The notes: generated by a model from the letters alone, not told the origin. DNA of 64,000 nt from an uncultured Actinomycetota bacterium (GCA_963711005.1 CAVQCJ010000002.1:475729-539728); one strand, 5' to 3'; positions 51,098 to 60,866 are shown, counted from the first letter of the stretch. Program-made: numbers and translations.

Positions 51098-53650
51098 CTA
51101 GACGTACGAGTGCTTGCGCAGCCAGCGCATCGCGACCGAGCCCCACAGCGGCGGCAGGTAGAACGTGACCAGGCGGAAGGCGAGCGCCGTCGAGATCGCG
51201 ACGCTGCTCGGGATGCCGATCGCCTGCAACCCCGCCGTGAGCCCGGCCTCCGCGACGCCCACGCCGCCGGGCACGGGCATCAGACCGGCGAAGAGAGCGA
51301 CCAGCGTGTTGATGAGGATCAGCTGGGAGAAGTACGCGTGCGCGCCGAAGGCGCGCAGGCACAGCCCGAGGACCATCGCCTGGATCAGCTGGGCGCCGAG
51401 GTTGCCGGAGAGCATCTCGATGACCTTCAGCGGGTGCCTGATCACGCCGAGGGCGGTGCGCGCCGCGCTCGCCTGGGCGCGGATGGTGGCGCGGATCCGG
51501 GGGATCGCCTCGCGGATCCGCCGGCGGGTGCGCGGCAGCGCGATGGCCACCAGCAGCCCCACGACCAGGATGATCGCAGCCAGCGCGGCGACGCTGATCG
51601 ACGAGCTGTCCGAGGACGTGCTGCTCGACGAGCTTCCGCCGACCGGCTCGGTGAGGCCCGGCGCCGGGCTGAGGACGATCAGCAGGATCAGCACCACCTG
51701 GACCACGAACCCGCTGACGCTGTCGATGACGCCGATCGACAGTGCCCCGGCCGCGGCGATGCCGAACCGCTCGAAGAACCGGATCTCCAGGGCCAGCCGC
51801 GCCGCGGTGGCCGGCAGCACGACGGCGATGAACTGGATCGCGTACTGCAGCAGCAGCACCGGTCCGTAGCGCACCGGCGCGATCGACGCCCCGAGGGTCG
51901 AGAACGACAGCGCGACCTGGATCAGCGGCGACGCGAGCAGCGCAGCGAGCAGCCACCACGGGTTCGCCGACTTCAGCTCGGCCCACAGCGACGCGAAGTC
52001 GACCCCGGCCAGCTTGCTGATGACGAAGTACGCGAGCACCGCGCCGCCGACGACGTACAGGACGTGCCGCAGCGAGACCCGACGGAGCCGCTGCAGCGGC
52101 GGCGGCTCGACACCGGTCAGCTCGACGGCCTGGGCGCGCAGCGAGGCGAGGTCCCACGAGCCGTCGCTGACCCTGGACCTGGTCGCCCGGTCCAGCACCG
52201 CGGGCTGCAGGAACGGCACGGCGGCGGCCAGACCGTCGTCGCCCAACGCTTCGTGGGCCGCGGCGACCGCCGACTCGTGGCCGGCGGCGAGGGCGGTGGT
52301 GACCAGCATCCGGGCGCAGTCGCTGCGCATGGCCACGTCGCTGCCGGACAGCTCGGCGCCGGCCAGGTCGCAGAGCGCCACCGAACCGTCGTGCCGGATC
52401 ACGACGTGGTCGGCGTCCACCCGCCCGTGCGCGATCCCCAGCCCGTGCAGCCGCTGCAGCGCGCGCCAGGCACCGGCGAGCACCTGCGTGGTCAGCTCGT
52501 CCCGGCTCAGGTCGGCCAGCGTGCGGGCCGCGGCATCGGTGGCGAGCATCCCGTCACCGTCCGCCGACATCCCTACCACCACCACCGGCAGCACCGCGGC
52601 TCCCCCGCGCTCGGCCAGCAGCGTGGCGACCGCCTCGTGCTCGACCAGCTCGAGCCGTCCTCGGGTCAGGCTCGGCGTCTCCCCCCTGCGCCACAACGAG
52701 TTCCACACCGAGGCGAGGAACTGACCGTCCCAGGTGTCGCGTCCGTAGACCTTGATCGTCAGCGGCCGGCCGTCCTCGGCCACCGCCTGGAGCACCGCGA
52801 CGCCGGTGGCCTGCGACGGAGCCTCGCGGACTTCGCTGCACACCAGTCCGAGGTCGGCGAGGGCCTCGGCGACCTGAGCGGGGGTGAGCCGCCCGTCCGG
52901 CGAGCCGAACATCAGGTGGGTCGCGGCGGCCGCCGCCACACCGACGGCGAAGCCGGCCAGGATCCCGATGGGCAGCGCGACGCCGAGCCCCACCCCGGCC
53001 ACGCTGCCGAGCAGCAGGATGCCGCGTCCCACGTTGCGCAGCGGCCGGGACAGGTGCGGCGACAGCACGACCACGATGGCGGTGGCCACCGCCAGCAGCA
53101 CGGCGACGTACACCGCCGGCGGTTCGGTGCGCGTGATCGCGCGGAGGCTGGTCGACCAGTCGGTGCCGGAGATCCGGCCCGCCACCAGGGCGGCCCCGAG
53201 CGAGAGCGCGGCCGCCACCCCGACATCCCAGAAGAGCCGGCGCCGGCCGTGGGAGAACAGCACGATCAGCAGGAGCGCGACCGACCATGCGGACAGCAGC
53301 AGGTAGGCCAGCTCCCACAACCAGCCGGACAGCCCAGGCAGCGACTGGATCAGGCTGGTCAGCGACTCGTCCAGGCTCGTCGGCCCCGGTGCCGCGATCG
53401 CCACGAGCCCGGTGGCGACCAGTGCCAGCGCGAGGAAGAAGACGTCGGTTGGCCGGCGCAGCCGCGCCGAGTCCGGGGCGGAGGAGAAGACCCGTAGGCC
53501 CGCCAGGCTCAGCCGGTGGCGGCGCCGGGACCGCTCGGGCCCGGGTGCAGACCCGCTCGGCGGCGTCGGCCCGGGGGCTTGGGCCGGCTCGGGCGCATGC
53601 AACGGCCTCGCCTCCCGAACGCCGCTCCGGCCCCCGCCACCGTCGGACAC
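51098..53650 (-). CDS. large membrane protein: N-terminal TM region, central protein-kinase-like domain, C-terminal flippase-like (LPG_synthase_TM/UPF0104) domain
   Basis: 850 aa. The kinase-like block contains LTIKVYGRD...LVEHEA...LHGLGIAHGRVDADHVVI...VALCDLAGA. The C-terminal half contains ...LIQAMVLGLCLRAFG...LFAGLMPVPGGVGVAEAGLTAGL..., which is characteristic of the MprF-type flippase TM domain family. Confidence 0.7.
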   Translation of the reverse strand: MSDGGGGRSGVREARPLHAPEPAQAPGPTPPSGSAPGPERSRRRHRLSLAGLRVFSSAPDSARLRRPTDVFFLALALVATGLVAIAAPGPTSLDESLTSLIQSLPGLSGWLWELAYLLLSAWSVALLLIVLFSHGRRRLFWDVGVAAALSLGAALVAGRISGTDWSTSLRAITRTEPPAVYVAVLLAVATAIVVVLSPHLSRPLRNVGRGILLLGSVAGVGLGVALPIGILAGFAVGVAAAAATHLMFGSPDGRLTPAQVAEALADLGLVCSEVREAPSQATGVAVLQAVAEDGRPLTIKVYGRDTWDGQFLASVWNSLWRRGETPSLTRGRLELVEHEAVATLLAERGGAAVLPVVVVGMSADGDGMLATDAAARTLADLSRDELTTQVLAGAWRALQRLHGLGIAHGRVDADHVVIRHDGSVALCDLAGAELSGSDVAMRSDCARMLVTTALAAGHESAVAAAHEALGDDGLAAAVPFLQPAVLDRATRSRVSDGSWDLASLRAQAVELTGVEPPPLQRLRRVSLRHVLYVVGGAVLAYFVISKLAGVDFASLWAELKSANPWWLLAALLASPLIQVALSFSTLGASIAPVRYGPVLLLQYAIQFIAVVLPATAARLALEIRFFERFGIAAAGALSIGVIDSVSGFVVQVVLILLIVLSPAPGLTEPVGGSSSSSTSSDSSSISVAALAAIILVVGLLVAIALPRTRRRIREAIPRIRATIRAQASAARTALGVIRHPLKVIEMLSGNLGAQLIQAMVLGLCLRAFGAHAYFSQLILINTLVALFAGLMPVPGGVGVAEAGLTAGLQAIGIPSSVAISTALAFRLVTFYLPPLWGSVAMRWLRKHSYV

Positions 53651-53714
53651 GATCTCTGGCCAGGCATTCTGCTGCCGGGAACCGGGACTGTGTGGGAGGA
53701 CGGGCCTTTCGCCG

Positions 53715-54362
53715 TCACCTCGTCAGGAGGTAGCAGACCAGCCCGACCAGCACACCCACGATCACCAGCACCGGCACCAGCCGCCTGTACACCGAGCCGC
53801 CGGCGACGCTCATCAGGTCCAGCGGCTGGTGCTCGGCGGGCGCAGGCGGGGCGGGCGGGGCGGGGGCTGCGCCCGTCGCGTCCAGGGCTGCGGTGGTCGC
53901 CGGCTGTGGCGCTCCACCGGGAACGAGCAGCGTCGCCTCCAGGTTGTCCACGAACTGGCCCATGAGCTTCTCGGAGATCTCCGTGATCATCCCGCGACCG
54001 AACTGCGCGACCTTCCCGGAGATGGCCAGCTCGGTGCTGACCGACACCACCGTCCGCTCACCGTCCGGACGCAGCTGAGCATCGATCGTCGCCGCCGCGT
54101 AGCCCGAGCCGCGGGAGTCCTTGCCCTTCGCGTCGATCACCGCATGACGAGCCGCGTCGTCCTTCGCGACGAAGCGGGCGGTCCCGGCGTAGTGGCTGGT
54201 GACCGGCCCCACCTTGACCGTGACCTCGCCGGAGTACACGTCGCCGTCGACGCCGGTCAGCCGCGCGCCGGGCAGGCAGGGAGCGATGCCCGGCAGGTCG
54301 GTGAGCACCTCCCAGGCACGCTGGACCGGGACGCTGACCGTGAACTCGTGGTCGATCCTCAT
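53715..54362 (-). CDS. SRPBCC/CoxG family protein with C-terminal TM anchor
   Basis: MRIDHEFTVSVPVQRAWEVLTDLPGIAPCLPGA.LTGVDGDVYSGEVTVKVGP...GKVAQFGRGMI..ISEKLMGQF is the CoxG signature. Confidence 0.85.
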   Translation of the reverse strand: MRIDHEFTVSVPVQRAWEVLTDLPGIAPCLPGARLTGVDGDVYSGEVTVKVGPVTSHYAGTARFVAKDDAARHAVIDAKGKDSRGSGYAAATIDAQLRPDGERTVVSVSTELAISGKVAQFGRGMITEISEKLMGQFVDNLEATLLVPGGAPQPATTAALDATGAAPAPPAPPAPAEHQPLDLMSVAGGSVYRRLVPVLVIVGVLVGLVCYLLTR

Positions 54363-54443
54363 GGGTCCCTTCCCGGTCGGTCGGGCCTCGTCGGGCGGTC
54401 GGCTCCGGCGATTGTCTCAACCGGCCGGCGCGAGGTCCCGGTT

Positions 54444-55175
54444 TCAGCGGCCGTAGACCGAGACGTGCAGCGAGCTGCCGGCGGTGAACGGCTCGCGGCC
54501 CCAACCGCCCCACCGCTGCTTGAGCCGCAGCCCGGCGATCCTGGCCATGAGGTCCAGCTCGCTCGGCCAGGAGTACCGGGTGACGATCGGGAACAGCCGG
54601 ACGCTGCCCGGCGCGAGCACGATGTGCGTCTCGTCCAGTCGTTGGGTCACCGGGTCGTGACGGCCGACGTCCAGCGACACCTCGGCGATCTCGATGGCCT
54701 CCGCGTCGACGTACTGGTCCGCACGCAGCCGGTACAGGAAGCTCGGCACGAACGCCTCGACGACGAACGAGCCGTCGTCGGTGAGGTGGGCCGCCACGTT
54801 CTCGAAGCAGCGGACCTGGTCCTCCTGGGTGAGCAGGTTGAACAGCGTGTTGTAGACGACGTAGACCAGCCGGTAGGAACCGGCGACGGGGACGTCGGCG
54901 AAGTCCCCCATCGTCACCGTCAGGGCGTCGCCCCCCGGTTTGTCACGCAGCCTGGCCACCATGTCCGGGGACAGGTCGATGCCGTCGACGTGGACGCCTC
55001 GGGCCGCCAACGGCACGGCGATCCGACCCGTCCCGACCGCCAGCTCGAGTGCCGCGCCGCCGCCCGCCAGCTGCTCCAGGAACGCGACCGCCGCGTCCTC
55101 GTCTCCGCGGGGACTGTCGTCGTAGATCTCAGCGGCGTCCGCGCCGAAGCTCGTCATCGGGTCGTAGTCCTGCAC
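54444..55175 (-). CDS. class I SAM-dependent methyltransferase
   Basis: Motif I ALELAVGTGRIAVPLAARG and post-I VDGIDLSPDMV. Confidence 0.85.
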   Translation of the reverse strand: MQDYDPMTSFGADAAEIYDDSPRGDEDAAVAFLEQLAGGGAALELAVGTGRIAVPLAARGVHVDGIDLSPDMVARLRDKPGGDALTVTMGDFADVPVAGSYRLVYVVYNTLFNLLTQEDQVRCFENVAAHLTDDGSFVVEAFVPSFLYRLRADQYVDAEAIEIAEVSLDVGRHDPVTQRLDETHIVLAPGSVRLFPIVTRYSWPSELDLMARIAGLRLKQRWGGWGREPFTAGSSLHVSVYGR

Positions 55176-55231
55176 GGCGCAAGTGAGTCATGCCGGCGCC
55201 GTGCCGCGCAATCGGATTGGATCGGATTGCG

Positions 55232-55957
55232 TCAGCCAGTGGTCGCCGCGCTGAAACGCCCCGACTTCATCACGGCGACGACGTCGGTCACATCGCGCGC
55301 CTCAGCGAGCGCGACGTCCTCCGCGAACCCGCGCTCGACCAGCTCGGCCCCGGACGGACACTCGGCCAGTGGCCGTGGTCTGGCTGCGGCCGCTGCCGCC
55401 GCGGCGGCATCCGGGCTCGGCGCGTATCCCGCGGCGACCAGCCCCGCGGTCACGACGCCGGCCCCCACCAGGTCCTCGTACGCCGGCCGGAGCGTCCCGT
55501 CCGGCCACCGTTCACCCGAGGCGACCAGCCCGACCCGGTCGTACGTACGCAGCAGCGCGACCGCCGCCTTCGCACCGCGCAGGCAGGCGGACACCACCGG
55601 CAGCCCTCCGCTGACCGCCGCGTGCGCTATCGCGGACCCGTTGGGCGAGGGCAGCACCAGGCGAGAGCCGGGCTCGAGCCCCACGAGGCTGGCCGGTGAC
55701 AGCGTCGGACCCTGTCGGGTGGATCGTCCGCGCGCGAGCACCGCGCCGATCTCGCGGGCGAGCTGCTCGGCCCCGTCCGAGCCGAGGGCGTACGGCCACA
55801 CCTCGGCACCGTGCTCGACGGCGACACTGAGCGAGGTGGAGAACGAGAGGATGTCCACGACGACGAGCACGTCGGTGCGCTGCGCGAGGTCGCGGGCGCC
55901 GGTCGCGCCCCAGACGACGTCGACCGACCTGCCGTTCGTTCTCCCCGCAGTCACCAC
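55232..55957 (-). CDS. 2-phosphosulfolactate phosphatase (ComB) family protein
   Basis: VVVDILSFSTSLSVAVEHGAEV.P, LVLPSPNGSAI, LVASGERW......YEDLVGAG match the ComB family pattern. Confidence 0.65.
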   Translation of the reverse strand: MVTAGRTNGRSVDVVWGATGARDLAQRTDVLVVVDILSFSTSLSVAVEHGAEVWPYALGSDGAEQLAREIGAVLARGRSTRQGPTLSPASLVGLEPGSRLVLPSPNGSAIAHAAVSGGLPVVSACLRGAKAAVALLRTYDRVGLVASGERWPDGTLRPAYEDLVGAGVVTAGLVAAGYAPSPDAAAAAAAAARPRPLAECPSGAELVERGFAEDVALAEARDVTDVVAVMKSGRFSAATTG

Positions 55958-56115
55958 CCGACCCTAGTCGAGGCGTGCTTACGGCTGAGGCGACAGGTGT
56001 GGTGGCACACCCACCCGTGGCGGTCATCCACCGTCGACGTGCGGTCCGCACGATCGGCCAGACGTGCAGCCCGCCCATAGCGTCACGGCGTCCAGTCCTC
56101 GACCAGGAGGTCGTC

Positions 56116-56820
56116 ATGCGAGCCAACCGCCGGTCCACGGCCCATCAGCCCGTCTGCAGGCCAGCTGCACGACTCGCGAGCAAGGTCGGTACGGCGGGGT
56201 TCCTGGCGCTCGGTGTGTTCGCGTGCACCGCGCTGAGCAGCTGCCGGACGGTGGACGGCCACGACGACACGTTCCGGCACACCTACGCGGGCGTGCAGCG
56301 GGTGGTCGTGACCGCAGGTCCCGGCGACGTCCGGCTCCTGCGCAGCACCGGGCCGGATGTCCAGGTCACCCTGTCCCGACACTGGACGAGCACTGCACCG
56401 GACGCGAAGCCCGCGCAGAGCGGGGACCTGCTGACCATCAGGTCCACCTGTGGGGACCAGGCCGGTGACGCCGTGCTCGGCGACTGCACGGTCGACGCCG
56501 AGGTCACGGTACCGGTGGGAGCCACGGTCGTCGTCCGGTCGGTCGCGGGCTCGGTCACCGCCACGGAGCTGGACGTCTCTTCGTTCGACGCGAGGGTGCA
56601 AGCCGGTGACGTCACGGCCTCGTTCGACTCGGCACCCGACTCGATCCGCGCCGAGTCGAGCGCTGGCAGCCTGACGCTGTCGGTGCCGTCGACGAGCTAC
56701 CGCGTGGACGCCGGCACGGACCTGGGCGGAACCCGGGTCGACGTCGTGGAGGACCCAGGTTCGGCGCGCTCGATCTACGCGCACACCGAGGTCGGCGACG
56801 TCCGTGTCGCCCGCCTCTAG
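56116..56820 (+). CDS. DUF4097 (putative adhesin / LiaG-like beta-helix) domain membrane protein
   Basis: ATG 56116 with an AGGAGG SD. TM anchor, then repetitive ...GDV.V....G..V.V...AGSV.A.......AGD... strands ending TEVGDVRVARL. Confidence 0.6.
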   Translation: MRANRRSTAHQPVCRPAARLASKVGTAGFLALGVFACTALSSCRTVDGHDDTFRHTYAGVQRVVVTAGPGDVRLLRSTGPDVQVTLSRHWTSTAPDAKPAQSGDLLTIRSTCGDQAGDAVLGDCTVDAEVTVPVGATVVVRSVAGSVTATELDVSSFDARVQAGDVTASFDSAPDSIRAESSAGSLTLSVPSTSYRVDAGTDLGGTRVDVVEDPGSARSIYAHTEVGDVRVARL

Positions 56821-56878
56821 CGCAGCGGGTACGCGTCCGCTGCTCGAGCCCGAGGTCGACGCTGTCCAGCCGAGTAGG

Positions 56879-57571
56879 GTGCGCGGCGTGCAGCCGCTGC
56901 GGGTCGTCCTCTGCGACGACAGCTTCCTGGTCCGCGAGGGGGTCGCGGCGCTGTTCGCGGACACGCCGGACATCGAGCTCGTCGAGACGGTCACCGACGC
57001 CGCCTCGCTGCTCCGGGCCGTCGCGGGGCTGGCCCCCGACGCTGTCCTCACCGACATCCGCATGCCGCCGTCCTTCACGGACGAAGGCATCGTCGCTGCC
57101 AGACGCATCCGTCGCGAGCATCCGGACGTCGGCGTCGTGGTGCTGTCGCAGTACGCCGAGCCGCAGTACGCGTTCGAGCTCCTGGCGGACGGCGTCGCTG
57201 GGCTCGGCTACCTGCTGAAAGAGCGCGTGTCCCAGCTCGACGAGCTGGTCCGCGCGCTGCACGACGTGGCCCGCGGCGGGTCGGCGCTCGATCCGAAGAT
57301 CATCGAGACCCTGCTGGCCCGCAAGGACCACGAGGAGAACACCCCGCTGCTCGGACTCACCGAGCGCGAACGGGAGGTGCTGCAGGAGGTTGCGACCGGC
57401 CGCAGCAATGCTTCGGTCGCGAAGACCCTGTTCATGAGCGAGCGCGCTGTCGAGAAGCACATCGGCTCGGTGTTCCAGAAGCTGGGCCTGGCCGAGGAGG
57501 ACGGGCTCAACCGCCGAGTGGCGGCGGTCCTGGCCTTCCTCGAGGCCAGCGGCGAGCCGCGCCGGGGCTGA
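56879..57571 (+). CDS. LuxR/NarL-family response regulator
   Basis: REC domain (VVLCDD...AVLTDIRMPP...VVVLSQ...GYLLK) plus LuxR HTH (LTEREREVLQEVATGRSNASVAKTLFMSERAVEKHIGSVFQKLG). Start at GTG 56879 or 56888. Confidence 0.9.
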   Translation: MRGVQPLRVVLCDDSFLVREGVAALFADTPDIELVETVTDAASLLRAVAGLAPDAVLTDIRMPPSFTDEGIVAARRIRREHPDVGVVVLSQYAEPQYAFELLADGVAGLGYLLKERVSQLDELVRALHDVARGGSALDPKIIETLLARKDHEENTPLLGLTEREREVLQEVATGRSNASVAKTLFMSERAVEKHIGSVFQKLGLAEEDGLNRRVAAVLAFLEASGEPRRG

Positions 57572-57572
57572 G

Positions 57573-57941
57573 TCACCCGCGGCCGGCGTCGGCCCACACT
57601 CGGCGAAGCCGGCCTGGGCCGAGCTCCCCCTTCGTCGCGAAACCGGCGGCGCCGCTGTTCCTCCAGTCGACCTCGTCCTCGGCGTAGGTGGACATGAGCA
57701 CGACCACCGGGGCGTCGGCACCGGACCGGATGAGCCGCGTGGCCTGCACACCTGACAGGCCGGGCAGGTGGACGTCCATCAGGACGAGCGACGGGCTCAG
57801 GGTGCGCACGGCCGCCAGCGCCTCCTCCCCGGTACCGACAGCTCCGACCACGACGAAGCCGGGGCTCTCCCCGAGCAGCGCAGCGAGCACGTCCCGAAAC
57901 GGCTCGTGGTCGTCGACCACGAGCACCCGAACGACGTCCAC
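57573..57941 (-). CDS. stand-alone receiver-domain response regulator (no output domain)
   Basis: 122 aa from GTG 57941 with a GGAGG SD. VLVVDDHEPF, LVLMDVHLPGLSG, VVVLMST and GFATKGE supply all conserved REC residues. It is the only credible part of the 674-aa track ORF, which is otherwise antisense to the kinase gene. Confidence 0.7.
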   Translation of the reverse strand: MDVVRVLVVDDHEPFRDVLAALLGESPGFVVVGAVGTGEEALAAVRTLSPSLVLMDVHLPGLSGVQATRLIRSGADAPVVVLMSTYAEDEVDWRNSGAAGFATKGELGPGRLRRVWADAGRG

Positions 57942-58049
57942 GTGCCCACCTCCACAGTCCAGGTGACCACGTCTGCTCGCCGGCGGACATCGTGCTAGCA
58001 CCACCATCGGCGGGTCGGGCATGATGAGGCCGCGGCGACAGGAGTCAGC

Positions 58050-59810
58050 ATGCGCACGCGTTCGCGACCGCCAGGTGTGGACGACCCGGCCGACCGACTC
58101 GGGCCTCGACCGGCCTTGCTCGCCGCCGTCGGCGTCGCCGGTCTGGCGGCGGCCAGCACGTCCGTCGGCTTGTCGCTGGAAAACGACCAGGAGCAGCCCG
58201 CGATCCAGGTGGTGCTCACGACGTGGATCACTCTCCCGTACGTTCTCAGTGGTCTGATCGCCTGGCGGCGCCGCCCGCGGAGCCGGTTCGGCCCGCTCCT
58301 GGTCGCAGCCGGGTTCGGGATGGCGCTGTCGACCCTGCAGTGGGCCACCGTCCCGGCCCTGCACACGGCGGGCCAGCTGTTCGACCTGCTGCCGGCGGTG
58401 CTCTTCCTGCACGTCTACCTCGCCTACCCGTCGGGGCGGCTCGTCGGACGCTACGAGCGCGCCCTCGTCGGCGTCGGATACGTGGCCGCGCTGGGGCTGC
58501 AGCTCGTCACCCTGCTGCTCGGCGGTTTCGACCCGCTCGACGTCTTCACCGTCTCCACCCAGCCGGCGCTGGCGGAGTGGATCCACCACGCCGAGCTCAT
58601 CACGCTGAGCGTGACCTGCTTCGCGGGTGTGCTCGTGCTGGCCTCGCGCCAGGTCGAGGGCGGGCGGATGTCGCTGCGTCCGGCCGCGCTGCTCATCGAC
58701 ACGTTCGCGCTGGGGCTGGTCGCCCTCGGCTTCCTCCTGCTGGCCGGCGCGTACCAATGGACCGTCTTCTCCCAGCTGCGCCTGTTCGCCTTCGCGGCGA
58801 TCGGGCTCGCACCGGTCGCCTTCCTGTTCGGCGTCCTCGACGCTCGGCTGGCTCGGTCCGGGGTCGCCGACCTGATGGTGGCGCTCCGCGCGAACCCGAC
58901 CGTCGATCTCCGGGAGCCGCTCTCGCTCGCGCTGCGCGACCCGTCGTTGCAGGTCGCCTACTGGCTGGCGCAGTACGGCAGCTGGGCGGACGGGGACGGC
59001 AACGCCGTCACCCTGCCGACGGAGGAGGACGTACGTGCGACCACGCTCATCGACCTCGACGGCGAGCACGTGGCCGCGCTCGTCCACGAGCCGTCGCTGC
59101 AGGACGAGCCCGAGCTGCTGGACGCCGTCAGCGCAGCCGCCGCCCTCGCCCTGCAGAACGTCCGCCTGCAGGTCGAGCTGAAGGCACGCCTCCAGGAGCT
59201 GCAGGGCTCGCGCAGCCGGGTGATCGAGGCGGGACAGACCGAGCGCAAGAGGCTCGAGCGAAACCTGCACGACGGCGCCCAGCAACGGCTCGTGGCCCTG
59301 TCGCTCGAGCTGGCCCTGCTCGGTAACCGGTTGGGCGACGACCCGGACGCCCGCGCACGGCTGGACCGGGCCAAGGACGAGGTCGCGCAGTCCCTCGCCG
59401 AGCTTCGCGACCTCGCGCGCGGGATCCACCCGGCCGTCCTCACCTCGCACGGACTGGCGGTCGCCCTGCAGTCCCTGATCGGACGTTCCAGCGTGCCGGT
59501 CCGGCTCACCGTCCGGCTGACCGGCCGCCCGCCCGAGCCGGTGGAGGTCGCCGTCTACTACGTCGTGAGCGAGAGCCTGGCGAACGTGGGCAAGCACGCC
59601 CAGGCCAACGAGGTGAGCGTGACGGTCGTCGAGGAGGACGGGCGCGTGCTGGTCGAGGTCGTGGACGACGGGACGGGCGGCGCGGACACCGAGGCGGGGT
59701 CGGGGCTGCGCGGCCTCGCCGACCGGGTCGAGGCGTTGGGTGGTCGCCTTCGGATCTGGTCACCCGCGGGCCAGGGCACGCGACTCCAGGCGGACATCCC
59801 CTGCTCCTGA
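58050..59810 (+). CDS. membrane sensor histidine kinase (HisKA_3 / NarX-LiaS type)
   Basis: Multi-TM N-terminal half (about 8 helices by eye). H-box RKRLERNLHDGAQQRLVAL, N-box SESLANVGKHA, G-boxes DDGTGGA and GSGLRGLADRV. AGGAG SD. Confidence 0.9.
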   Translation: MRTRSRPPGVDDPADRLGPRPALLAAVGVAGLAAASTSVGLSLENDQEQPAIQVVLTTWITLPYVLSGLIAWRRRPRSRFGPLLVAAGFGMALSTLQWATVPALHTAGQLFDLLPAVLFLHVYLAYPSGRLVGRYERALVGVGYVAALGLQLVTLLLGGFDPLDVFTVSTQPALAEWIHHAELITLSVTCFAGVLVLASRQVEGGRMSLRPAALLIDTFALGLVALGFLLLAGAYQWTVFSQLRLFAFAAIGLAPVAFLFGVLDARLARSGVADLMVALRANPTVDLREPLSLALRDPSLQVAYWLAQYGSWADGDGNAVTLPTEEDVRATTLIDLDGEHVAALVHEPSLQDEPELLDAVSAAAALALQNVRLQVELKARLQELQGSRSRVIEAGQTERKRLERNLHDGAQQRLVALSLELALLGNRLGDDPDARARLDRAKDEVAQSLAELRDLARGIHPAVLTSHGLAVALQSLIGRSSVPVRLTVRLTGRPPEPVEVAVYYVVSESLANVGKHAQANEVSVTVVEEDGRVLVEVVDDGTGGADTEAGSGLRGLADRVEALGGRLRIWSPAGQGTRLQADIPCS

Positions 59811-59915
59811 CGGGAGAGGCGGAAAACCGCACCCGATCCGGCGGGCTGCCCCACCGCGGCCCCCGCCAGACCGATGCGACCTTCGTCGGGTCCCACCCAC
59901 CGACGAGGAGCAGCG

Positions 59916-60866
59916 ATGAGGACCCGAGTCATCCAGGAAACGAAGCCGGCCGGCACCGTCGCACCGACGATCCAGGTCCACGACCTGACCAAGGACTACG
60001 GCGACGTCCGTGCCGTCGACCACCTCAGCTTCACTGTCTCGCCCGGTACCGTCACCGGGTTCCTCGGACCCAACGGCTCGGGGAAGACCACCACGCTGCG
60101 CGCCCTGCTCGGCCTGGTGACGCCCACCTCGGGGAGCGCCACGATCTGCGGTCGCTCGTACGGGGCGATCGCCGACCCGCTCCGCGAGGTCGGCTCGATG
60201 CTCGAGGCCGCGGCACACCCGGGGCGCACGGCCCGCAACCACCTGCGCATCGTCGCGGCCGAAGCCGGCGTGCAGCGCAGCCGGGTCGAGGACATGCTCG
60301 AGCTGGTCGAGCTGAGCAGCTCGGCCGACCGCCGGGTCGGCGGCTTCTCGCTCGGCATGCACCAGCGGCTCGGCCTCGCCGCAGCGCTGATGGGCGACCC
60401 CCAGGTCCTGGTGCTCGACGAGCCGACCAACGGGCTCGACCCGGAAGGCATCCGCTGGCTGCGCACGTTCGTGCGGGCACTGGCAGCGCAGGGCCGAACG
60501 GTCCTGCTCTCGAGCCATGTGCTCGCCGAGGTCGCGCAGACGGTCGACGACGTGGTTGTCATCGACCAGGGCCGGCTCGTCCTCCAGGCGCCGCTGTCGG
60601 AGCTCTCCGGCCGGCCCAGCGAACAGCGGGTTCGGGTGCGTACCGCCCAGCCGCAGCTCCTGGCCGCCACCCTCGCCGACCGGGGCATGACCTCCACCGC
60701 CGACCAGGCCGGCACCCTCACCGTCTCCGGAGGTGAGCAGGCGGCCATCGCCCAGCTCGCTCTCGACCACGGGATCCTCGTGTACGAGATCACCGCCGAG
60801 GCAGTCAGCCTCGAAGAGACCTTCCTCGAGCTCACGTCATCCGCGACCAAGGAGGCCCAGCGATGA
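59916..60866 (+). CDS. ABC transporter ATP-binding protein (ABC-2/DrrA-like)
   Basis: GPNGSGKTT, FSLGMHQRLGLAAAL, LVLDEPTNGLD. ATG 59916 with a GAGGAG SD (the track start is 59874). Confidence 0.9.
   Translation: MRTRVIQETKPAGTVAPTIQVHDLTKDYGDVRAVDHLSFTVSPGTVTGFLGPNGSGKTTTLRALLGLVTPTSGSATICGRSYGAIADPLREVGSMLEAAAHPGRTARNHLRIVAAEAGVQRSRVEDMLELVELSSSADRRVGGFSLGMHQRLGLAAALMGDPQVLVLDEPTNGLDPEGIRWLRTFVRALAAQGRTVLLSSHVLAEVAQTVDDVVVIDQGRLVLQAPLSELSGRPSEQRVRVRTAQPQLLAATLADRGMTSTADQAGTLTVSGGEQAAIAQLALDHGILVYEITAEAVSLEETFLELTSSATKEAQR

Noticed and set aside
57942-59597. Upstream 552 codons of the 674-aa minus-strand ORF 57573-59597
   Set aside because: They are antisense to the well-supported histidine kinase gene and have a junk-like composition. 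Only the last 122 codons (57573-57941) form a recognisable receiver domain with its own SD and GTG.
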